Positions 57,971 through 64,000 of a stretch of DNA of 64,000 bases are shown one piece after another; positions within the stretch are counted from its first letter, which is position 1; each line of letters begins with the position of its first letter. The position numbers and the translations under genes are program-made. The stretch comes from a virus. The notes beneath the pieces were generated by a model. The model ran no database searches, was not told the origin of the DNA, and saw only the letters and a list, made by a program, of their open reading frames with translations. The stretch lies in the IMG/VR virus record IMGVR_UViG_3300032307_000117, positions 11,892 through 75,891 of that record. One strand, 5' to 3'.

Positions 57971-58264
57971 TCAGTTTTTTGGTTTTGAAGTTTTAACAGG
58001 TTTTGTGGGTGTTGTTAGAATATCGTAAATTTCATCGACTTTTTGATTTAAATTAGCATGTTGAGCTTCTAACCTATTAACCTGATCTTTTAAGCTTGAA
58101 CCACCATTTGGTTTAAATTCTTTAGCGACTTCCTGAATTTCATGCTTTACGAATTTAGTGAAAGTTGTATATATTGTATAAAAAATACCTGAAACCATGG
58201 TAATAATTGTTAGGATTCCTATAGTTAAAGGAACCCATGTTTCCAGCCAATTTAAAATTTCCAT
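57971..58264 (-). CDS. Holin-like membrane protein
   Basis: N-terminal TM helix; KPNGGSSLKDQVNRLE motif typical of actinophage lysis-region membrane proteins. Confidence 0.65.
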   Translation of the reverse strand: MEILNWLETWVPLTIGILTIITMVSGIFYTIYTTFTKFVKHEIQEVAKEFKPNGGSSLKDQVNRLEAQHANLNQKVDEIYDILTTPTKPVKTSKPKN

Positions 58265-58719
58265 AATGAAACTATTATAAATACTTTTTTTAATTCTTGA
58301 CTATCTGACTAAATAAAGATACATTATTAAAGTTCGATTTTTCTTGAAAAATAAAGCTCGGCGGCAAGATTAAAATAGTTATCTTTGATTTAAAGTTCTC
58401 GCTACAGGGCGGCGGGATATAAGAGCTTTAAAAATCGCCGTAAATAGATATTATAAAACCACCTACCAACACCAAACCAAACAATGCAATAAATTTGCAC
58501 TATGGAATATATGTTGGATAGGGTTAAATAGCCTCATATGCCTCGTACAGGGGTTTTGGGAGATATTTCGACAAACCATGTGTCAGGGATAGTTTCATAG
58601 GCTGTACGTGTCATATGATCGATTTTATGTATTTTGGATATTGGTTATTCGATCAAGAAGAGCTTCGCTCTTGTAAATCCCCCAAAATTTTACAAACCTC
58701 CATATGCTATACTGTAAAT

Positions 58720-58926
58720 ATGAAAGACAATGGCGAAGTGGAATTCTTTGATCTATTTGATCCTAGACAGCCTAGATCTGATCAAGAGCTAATTGAATAC
58801 CGCCTAGCAATATGCAATCAGTGCCCCTGGCTAGATAAACGTCTAACAAAATGTAGGAAATGTGGATGTTTTATGAAGCTCAAATCTACCCTCAAGCAGG
58901 CTAGCTGTCCTATAGGTAATTGGTAA
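58720..58926 (+). CDS. Small Cys-rich metal-binding protein (DUF6171-like)
   Basis: RLAICNQCPWL...CRKCGCFM...CPIGNW; leaderless ATG 6 nt after TGCTATACT. Confidence 0.75.
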   Translation: MKDNGEVEFFDLFDPRQPRSDQELIEYRLAICNQCPWLDKRLTKCRKCGCFMKLKSTLKQASCPIGNW

Positions 58927-58942
58927 GAAAACGGAGAGACAT

Positions 58943-59113
58943 ATGGAAAACAAGCAATTAATCGATTTTAGAAACACTAAGCCACATCAGAATAAAGAGA
59001 TGCTTGCAGCATTGTATGGTGAAGGTTTGAATACCTCGGAAATAGCCAAAAAGCTACATGTTTCTACTAAGCTAGTAGATATCATGCGAAAGCAATTTGG
59101 CCTACGTGGCTAG
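58943..59113 (+). CDS. Small HTH protein (56 aa)
   Basis: Translated by hand: ...LYGEGLNTSEIAKKLHVSTKLVDIMRKQFGL; GGAG SD. Confidence 0.7.
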   Translation: MENKQLIDFRNTKPHQNKEMLAALYGEGLNTSEIAKKLHVSTKLVDIMRKQFGLRG

Positions 59114-59273
59114 TTCTTTTTACAAGAACAGTTACCGCAATTACAGTCCATTATTAATCCCTGTCTCTATTGGTTATCAGGATATAGATCATCCAGGATG
59201 AAAATGCTAGAAATAGGATAGTTTCTATCATAGGACTATTATACTATTAAAGTTTAAAATGCTATAATCTATT

Positions 59274-59918
59274 ATGCCTAAAATATTGCTAGCTGTCCTA
59301 ACTGCAGGACGCCAAGATTATTTGGATATAGCGATAGAATCTTTAAACAAAAACCTATCTGGAAGCATATCTGAAAAAATAATTTTTGACAATTCCACAG
59401 ATTCAGACATTAGCTATGAAGGCTATGAAACAGTCAAAACCCCAAAAGACAGATTGCCGTATGGACCGTTAAGACACTCAAAAGCTATTCGTTTTATTTT
59501 TAACCATATCAAAAAGCTAGATGTAGGCTATGTTGTTTTCTTTGAAGAAGATTGGGAATTACTTGCCCCAATTTTTGCAGATGATTTATGCAATAAGCTA
59601 GATAGCAGCTTGTCTCAAGTAAGAATAAGCAGATTCAAGAATTACGACTATCCAGAAATAATGCCTCAAGGTGAGTTTATTCGTATGAACCATAATGACG
59701 TTAAATACAAGTTTTCTTGGAATCCCTGCGTTTTTTCTAAAGATCTAGTTTATAGGGATTATCCATACTTCGCAAAGCATGAGCTTAAGTTTGGTCGTGA
59801 CATATCCAAAGATTTCTTAATTTACGGTTGGCCAAATGAGCTAGTTAAGCATACTGGCAAAATAAGCATATCCGATCCAGGACGGATCTGGAATGATGAC
59901 TATACCATTGTAAATTAA
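59274..59918 (+). CDS. Glycosyltransferase family 2-like protein
   Basis: VLTAGRQDYL, IIFDNS, YVVFFEEDW, FSWNP, VKHTG; leaderless. Confidence 0.75.
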   Translation: MPKILLAVLTAGRQDYLDIAIESLNKNLSGSISEKIIFDNSTDSDISYEGYETVKTPKDRLPYGPLRHSKAIRFIFNHIKKLDVGYVVFFEEDWELLAPIFADDLCNKLDSSLSQVRISRFKNYDYPEIMPQGEFIRMNHNDVKYKFSWNPCVFSKDLVYRDYPYFAKHELKFGRDISKDFLIYGWPNELVKHTGKISISDPGRIWNDDYTIVN

Positions 59919-60018
59919 AAAAAATATTTTTTTTCTAAATTGAAGAAAATTAAAATATTTTGTAAGTATGTACGATACACATTTACACACAAAAAAGCAA
60001 AAAACTTAGTGCGACCAC

Positions 60019-60076
60019 ATCGGGGACAGTGGTGCCACCACTTTTATTAGTAGTGGGGCCACCCCGATTGTTTTTT
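60019..60076. terminator. Terminator between convergent genes
   Basis: ATCGGGG...CCCCGAT outer stem plus T tract. Confidence 0.65.
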
Positions 60077-60098
60077 ATTCTTGCGAGACTACTGCCCG

Positions 60099-60311
60099 CT
60101 ACTTGATAATACTTAGACTAGCTAATGCATCTTCCGCATTGTCAAACATCGCAACAAAAGCATCTAGTGATTTTTGCTTTCGCAATTCTGCACACTTTTC
60201 TAAGTTGTGATTAGCATTCCACATCTTTCTATCTAAGTAATAACTTAGAACAGTAGTCTGCTCGTATTCGCAATTTGAACACTTAGTGTTTCTCCACATT
60301 GTAGTTGTCAT
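60099..60311 (-). CDS. Early hypothetical protein (CxxC..H..C)
   Basis: 70-aa ORF, TAATG-coupled. Confidence 0.7.
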   Translation of the reverse strand: MTTTMWRNTKCSNCEYEQTTVLSYYLDRKMWNANHNLEKCAELRKQKSLDAFVAMFDNAEDALASLSIIK

Positions 60312-60409
60312 TAGTTATTTTCCTTTTCTGCTAGTGAAATTGTTAGTGTTGTAATGTTGCTAATTGCTTGGTCGTATTCTTCCCAAGTGTTGAAGGTTAG
60401 GGTAATCAT
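60311..60409 (-). CDS. 32-aa early peptide
   Basis: MITLTFNTWEEYDQAISNITTLTISLAEKENN; overlaps both neighbours. Confidence 0.75.
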   Translation of the reverse strand: MITLTFNTWEEYDQAISNITTLTISLAEKENN

Positions 60410-60564
60410 ACTTTACCCCCCATAGATTTTAGCAACTTAGCTAAGCTAGTGAGTTGGCTCTCAAAAGCTGGTGTCAATTCTACGCCGTGGGCGATAGAAG
60501 ACTTAGCAACCTTTAGCATAGCGTCATACTCTTTTTGGTAATCAGATACCTTTTTGATTTTCAT
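60406..60564 (-). CDS. 52-aa early protein
   Basis: SD GAAAGGA; MKIKKVSDYQKEYDAMLKVAK... Confidence 0.7.
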   Translation of the reverse strand: MKIKKVSDYQKEYDAMLKVAKSSIAHGVELTPAFESQLTSLAKLLKSMGGKV

Positions 60565-60606
60565 AACTTATCCTTTCTAATCTAAGCTTACTTGATACCA
60601 CCGACA

Positions 60607-60732
60607 CTAGACCTTGTAAACACTTACAACATCTAGCATTGAGATACCCTCTCTTGACAACCAGTATCCCCAGTTGTCTCCTGGGTAAATCTCAACATTT
60701 CCATTTTTGAAGGTAATCTGGACTTTTTCCAT
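60607..60732 (-). CDS. 41-aa early protein
   Basis: SD GAAAGGA; MEKVQITFKNGNVEIYPGDNWGYW... Confidence 0.7.
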   Translation of the reverse strand: MEKVQITFKNGNVEIYPGDNWGYWLSREGISMLDVVSVYKV

Positions 60733-60855
60733 TTTACACATCCTTTCTTTTTTTATCTAAACTTTCTTTATGCCTTTAGCCTATCATCAACCACCGACAT
60801 TTATACCCCTTTTTCAACTGTTTTTGATACAAACTTTACCCCTGTTTTTTGTAGG

Positions 60856-60974
60856 TTATCTACAAAGTTATCCACAGCGTTATCAAATCGTTATAATTTA
60901 TCGGCGTGTTTACTTGACACGACACGCCCGAATGAGGTACCCACCTGTGGATAACTCGATCTGCCTGTGGATAA
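60856..60974. promoter_or_regulatory. DnaA-box cluster
   Basis: TTATCTACA 60856, TTATCCACA 60868, TGTGGATAA 60946 and 60966; another at 62551. Confidence 0.7.
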
Positions 60975-61070
60975 CTTCGTTATCATTTTGTTATACGACA
61001 CGCTAGAGAAATGTGCCAAAATGTCGTAGGGTTGTGATAGGTTTTAGATAACAACGAAAGGAAATAACAA

Positions 61071-61211
61071 ATGGACAAGATGTGTGTTTACTGCGAGAGT
61101 GTTTTCACTAGCGATACTGTTGTGTGCCACAACTGTAATGAGTATGATGGTATGATGCCACTAGAGTCAGCTATTGACTACCTAAACCTAGACCCTAACG
61201 ATTTCTACTAA
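61071..61211 (+). CDS. 46-aa zinc-ribbon early protein
   Basis: MDKMCVYCES...CHNCNEYDG; SD GAAAGGA. Confidence 0.75.
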   Translation: MDKMCVYCESVFTSDTVVCHNCNEYDGMMPLESAIDYLNLDPNDFY

Positions 61212-61221
61212 GGAGAACGAA

Positions 61222-61314
61222 ATGATAACACTAACCTTTGATACTTGGGAAGAGTTTGACAACGCTATCGCTGGGATAGTAAGCTTGGAAACAACACTAG
61301 CGGAGGGAAACTAA
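61222..61314 (+). CDS. 30-aa early peptide, paralog of 60311..60409
   Basis: SD AAGGAG; MITLTFDTWEEFDNAIAGIVSLETTLAEGN. Confidence 0.75.
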   Translation: MITLTFDTWEEFDNAIAGIVSLETTLAEGN

Positions 61315-61317
61315 CTG

Positions 61318-61428
61318 ATGTTTTATAACGGATTCAACTTGCTACTTGACCTAGCTTTGGTTATACTTGCGTATGAGCTTGGTATGTATTTCGCAACTAA
61401 GAGAACAATTGAAAGGATAAGCAAGTGA
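61318..61428 (+). CDS. 36-aa membrane peptide
   Basis: MFYNGFNLLLDLALVILAYELGMYF... Confidence 0.65.
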   Translation: MFYNGFNLLLDLALVILAYELGMYFATKRTIERISK

Positions 61429-61616
61429 ACCAAGAAGAAATTGAAGAACAGTTTGACGATTGGCTAGATGATGTTTACCCAACCTATGACATTGCTGGGA
61501 TAACTTTGCGTCCCTCGCAAATGCTAAAGAACTGCGACCCAATCGCATACAGGATTGCGCTATCTGAGTATGACTACAGAGAAGAAGAATGGAAAGGATA
61601 CCTTGACAATGAGTAA
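61425..61616 (+). CDS. Acidic early protein
   Basis: FDDWLDDVYP...PSQMLKNCDPIAYR; SD GAAAGGA. Confidence 0.75.
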   Translation: MNQEEIEEQFDDWLDDVYPTYDIAGITLRPSQMLKNCDPIAYRIALSEYDYREEEWKGYLDNE

Positions 61617-61722
61617 TCTATCAACAGAAGAAATTGAAGGACTAGAACACCTGATTTATTTGATTGACCTAATGCTAGTTGAAGATGTTAGCGATTTGTT
61701 TACAACACCAGAGGAGAACTAA
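61609..61722 (+). CDS. 37-aa acidic peptide
   Basis: SD GAAAGGA; MSNLSTEEIEGLEHLIYLIDLMLVED... Confidence 0.6.
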   Translation: MSNLSTEEIEGLEHLIYLIDLMLVEDVSDLFTTPEEN

Positions 61723-61863
61723 ATGGAACTAATAACGATTTTGCTTTTTATCGGATTTGCTACTTTGATTTTTGTGATAACTCAACTTGTAGCTATTTTG
61801 TTTTTGCTAAGGCAGAACGACGAACTGACTCAAGACATCAACGATTCCAAGCCGCCGTTTTGA
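61723..61863 (+). CDS. 46-aa membrane peptide
   Basis: SD GAGGAG; long hydrophobic helix; ends KPPF. Confidence 0.7.
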   Translation: MELITILLFIGFATLIFVITQLVAILFLLRQNDELTQDINDSKPPF

Positions 61864-61998
61864 TTTGACAAAACCCCAGAAATGGGGTACCCGATTTTCA
61901 GGATCCAGGAATAAAAAACTTTTTACGACACGCCGATGTTTTGCCCCAGAATGTCATAGGTCACTGATAGGATAATCTTATCAATGAAAGGAAACCCC

Positions 61999-62517
61999 AT
62001 GGACTACGCTGCAGTTTATTCAGGAATAGTAAAGAACGCTACCTTTGGTCAGGTAGAACAAGCAAGCAAGTGGTATGTTGACGCCGAGCGTATTGCAGAG
62101 AAGGTTGCAGAAAATCTAAACACTACCCTTGAAGTTGGCGCAAGTGTTGTATCTGCATTCTCACCTAGAGAGCGTTGGTCAGTCAATGTTGCTAGAGCTA
62201 TTGCATTCTCACTTGGTCAAGAAGTCACCTGCCTAAAGAACAACATCGTAATGGCTAACAATGCGTTGACAATGGGATTCAAGGCGTTGAACGGATTAAA
62301 GACTAACTCATTCGCTAAAGCTATTGCAGGTGACGAGCAAGCCGTTGTGATTGATGTTTGGATGTTGCGAGCTGTTGGAATTGAAAAGAAAACACCTAGC
62401 CAGTCACAGTATTGGGATTTGGTAGAGGCTGTTAAAAAAGCGGCATTCGAAGTTGGCATGACACCTAGAGCTATGCAAGCTTTGATTTGGATTGTTGTTA
62501 GAGGAAGCGCAGACTAG
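61999..62517 (+). CDS. Early protein with HhH-GPD glycosylase-like motifs
   Basis: SAFSPRERW, GLKTNSF, VVIDVWM, QALIW; start reassigned after SD GAAAGGA. Confidence 0.6.
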   Translation: MDYAAVYSGIVKNATFGQVEQASKWYVDAERIAEKVAENLNTTLEVGASVVSAFSPRERWSVNVARAIAFSLGQEVTCLKNNIVMANNALTMGFKALNGLKTNSFAKAIAGDEQAVVIDVWMLRAVGIEKKTPSQSQYWDLVEAVKKAAFEVGMTPRAMQALIWIVVRGSAD

Positions 62518-62643
62518 ACTTGACAAGTCCCCAGAAATGAGGTACCCACCTGTGGATAACTTGTTAATAACTATTTACGAAAGAGTTTAAGAAAGTCCCG
62601 AAAAGATCCACAAAATGTCGGTGGTCAATGCTAAGATTATCTT

Positions 62644-62796
62644 ATGTTGGGAAAGAGAAACGAAGCCAGAAGAAAAGCTGAGTCTAAAGAATTGTTTAGA
62701 CAGCTACTAAAGTCGCCACACCTAGTCCAACAGTCTAAGCGCCACAAGGAAACAAGAGCTGAGCAGAAAAGGAAGGCTATAAATGACAACTATTAG
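62644..62796 (+). CDS. 50-aa Arg/Lys-rich peptide
   Basis: Leaderless ATG 6 nt after TAAGAT; MLGKRNEARRKAESKELFRQLLKSPH... Confidence 0.7.
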   Translation: MLGKRNEARRKAESKELFRQLLKSPHLVQQSKRHKETRAEQKRKAINDNY

Positions 62797-62929
62797 AAAC
62801 TTTTACAGTTGCGATGACTGTGAGTATTGGTTTGAAGAGAAGCCACGCTATAGCTATGACCTCAAGAATGTCTGTGGTAGATGTTATGCTATCTATGCTA
62901 ATCACCCAACCGTAAGAAAGGTAAGCTAA
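62783..62929 (+). CDS. 48-aa zinc-finger peptide
   Basis: CDDC...CGRC. Confidence 0.7.
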   Translation: MTTIRNFYSCDDCEYWFEEKPRYSYDLKNVCGRCYAIYANHPTVRKVS

Positions 62930-63051
62930 TGTATGTAGACGAAGAAGAAGTAAAAGAGACTATTGCGATGATGAATAGTGGAGAGATTTCTGTAGCCGAG
63001 GCTTGGGAGATTCTAGACTACTTTGATGGCGACCTGATTGAGTTTCTATGA
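62929..63051 (+). CDS. 40-aa acidic peptide
   Basis: TAATG coupling; MYVDEEEVKETIAMMNSGEIS... Confidence 0.65.
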   Translation: MYVDEEEVKETIAMMNSGEISVAEAWEILDYFDGDLIEFL

Positions 63052-63161
63052 TAGGACAGCTAAGCATAAACTTTTGCGATACCTGTAATGAGTTTGGTAT
63101 GGTGTCGGTAGTAGATGGTAAACTAATGATTCAACCGTGTGATTGTGTAGAAGGAGAATAA
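63048..63161 (+). CDS. 37-aa zinc-binding peptide
   Basis: ATGA coupling; CDTC...PCDC. Confidence 0.65.
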   Translation: MIGQLSINFCDTCNEFGMVSVVDGKLMIQPCDCVEGE

Positions 63162-63162
63162 A

Positions 63163-63447
63163 ATGGGAATGATGACCGCAATGGACTTGGCAGGTAGCGA
63201 AGTCTCACTAGAGCAACAACTATCGATTCACTTTAGTAGCAACTGTTATCCACCAATTCCTAAGATAATGATACCTGTTGCAGTTGCAGCTATTGATGCT
63301 TATTGGGAAGAAGACTATTCTAGAATGATACCCTTGCCAGAAGGCGTAGAGTTTAGAACTGGAGCAACAAGCGTGTCTGCCTCACAAGCTATTGAGTCTC
63401 TCAGACTTGACGCTTGGTGCATGGACGACGAGGACGACTTCCTCTAG
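63163..63447 (+). CDS. Early hypothetical protein
   Basis: 94-aa ORF with SD AAGGAG; HFSSNCYPPIP. Confidence 0.8.
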   Translation: MGMMTAMDLAGSEVSLEQQLSIHFSSNCYPPIPKIMIPVAVAAIDAYWEEDYSRMIPLPEGVEFRTGATSVSASQAIESLRLDAWCMDDEDDFL

Positions 63448-63643
63448 ACTTGACAAGTCCCCCGAAAGGGGGTACCCCAAATCAGGATCATTGTCAAGCC
63501 CATTTTTGGTTTACGATTATAACGATTTTTTTCCCGAATTGTTATAATTATTTTTGCTAAATGGTAGACAAATGTCGGTGGTATCCGCTACAATAGACCT
63601 ATCAACACAAGTTGGTAATCAAATAAGTAGAAAGAAGCAAAAA

Positions 63644-63796
63644 ATGGAAAACACTCTAACTGTTGGCTCACAGTTCACCACAGCAAAGTCTGGCGTATCA
63701 GGCACAATTCAGGAAGTAGTAGCAACCAAGTCTGGTTCTTTCCGAGTTCGCCTTGATGTAAACGGACAGCCACGCTGGACTACTGTAAAGAAGTAA
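63644..63796 (+). CDS. 50-aa SH3-like early protein
   Basis: Start reassigned to 63644, downstream of the promoter; all-beta pattern. Confidence 0.7.
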   Translation: MENTLTVGSQFTTAKSGVSGTIQEVVATKSGSFRVRLDVNGQPRWTTVKK

Positions 63797-63900
63797 TCCA
63801 CCTTCTCTGCTGGGTATCAGATAAAACTGCCCACCCCCATAAATGTCGTAGGTCTCACCTATAATAGAAACACAACACCCAAAAGAAAAGGAAGAAACAA

Positions 63901-64000
63901 ATGGCTAGAACCCTGTCAGTAAAAATCCCAACCGCTAAGCTAATCGCAGACATTGAGGCATCTATTGCTAAGGTAGATGTTGATGTTGCTGCTTATGCGG
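63901..64000 (+). CDS. Early protein, truncated by the window end
   Basis: SD AAGGAAG; MARTLSVKIPTAKLIADIE... Confidence 0.7.
   Translation, partial: MARTLSVKIPTAKLIADIEASIAKVDVDVAAYA

Larger units (their letters stand above)
60914..63489 (+). repeat. Dispersed TTGACA-N17/18-TACCC junction repeat, 4 copies
   Basis: Copies at 60914, 61865, 62520 and 63450; 26-bp identity between 60931-60956 and 62536-62561. Confidence 0.85.
60585..63865. promoter_or_regulatory. Family of 8 early promoters, RTGTC(R)KWRG-N7-TANNNT
   Basis: Minus-strand copies at 60607 and 60800; plus-strand copies at 61021, 61951, 62615, 63102, 63572 and 63843; invariant spacing. Confidence 0.85.

Noticed and set aside
58580-58605. 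Ninth early promoter copy (GTGTCAGGGA...TAGGCT)
   Set aside because: Spacing is off by one, the box is degenerate, and no well-supported start follows.
60914-63489. Junction repeats as a CRISPR array or canonical sigma-A promoters
   Set aside because: They are separated by whole genes, and the -10 position reads TACCCN, lacking the conserved final T.
1-64000. tRNA genes, integrase/att sites, stop-codon reassignment
   Set aside because: No cloverleaf or recombinase was recognised by eye; long ORFs are intact in the standard code, and TAA, TAG and TGA all end genes.

Overview
A 64-kb stretch of a large tailed dsDNA phage (siphovirus-like, HK97-fold capsid). I saw no integrase, CRISPR array, tRNA or rRNA. 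The host is probably a low-GC freshwater actinobacterium; this is inferred from leaderless TGNTANNNT promoters, GACAC (WhiA-type) boxes and an NGGSSLKD membrane protein. The minus strand (1-58264) carries a bacterial-type replisome (DnaE, SSB-like, DnaG, DnaB), baseplate genes, a 2885-aa tape measure protein (TMP), tail, neck, capsid, protease and portal genes, and about 25 kb of modular fibre/adhesin genes. An NlpC/P60 gene sits on the opposite strand within that block. From about 60000 onward there is a divergent early region of micro-ORFs. Most notable: (1) a TMP built like a polyprotein, with repeated gpH-type modules bracketing inserted cargo domains, one DUF3626/ART-like; (2) a promoter-driven hairpin sRNA whose loop is anti-SD/anti-AUG and matches the initiation regions of the replication operon; (3) an early region made of cassettes bounded by mosaic TTGACA-hairpin-GGTACCC repeats, with 8 copies of an RTGTC-N12-TANNNT promoter and symmetric DnaA boxes; (4) a plug-and-socket fibre array with per-module leaderless promoters; (5) tail chaperones G and GT made by gene duplication rather than frameshifting. 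All family assignments come from motif recognition by eye; no database searches were run.
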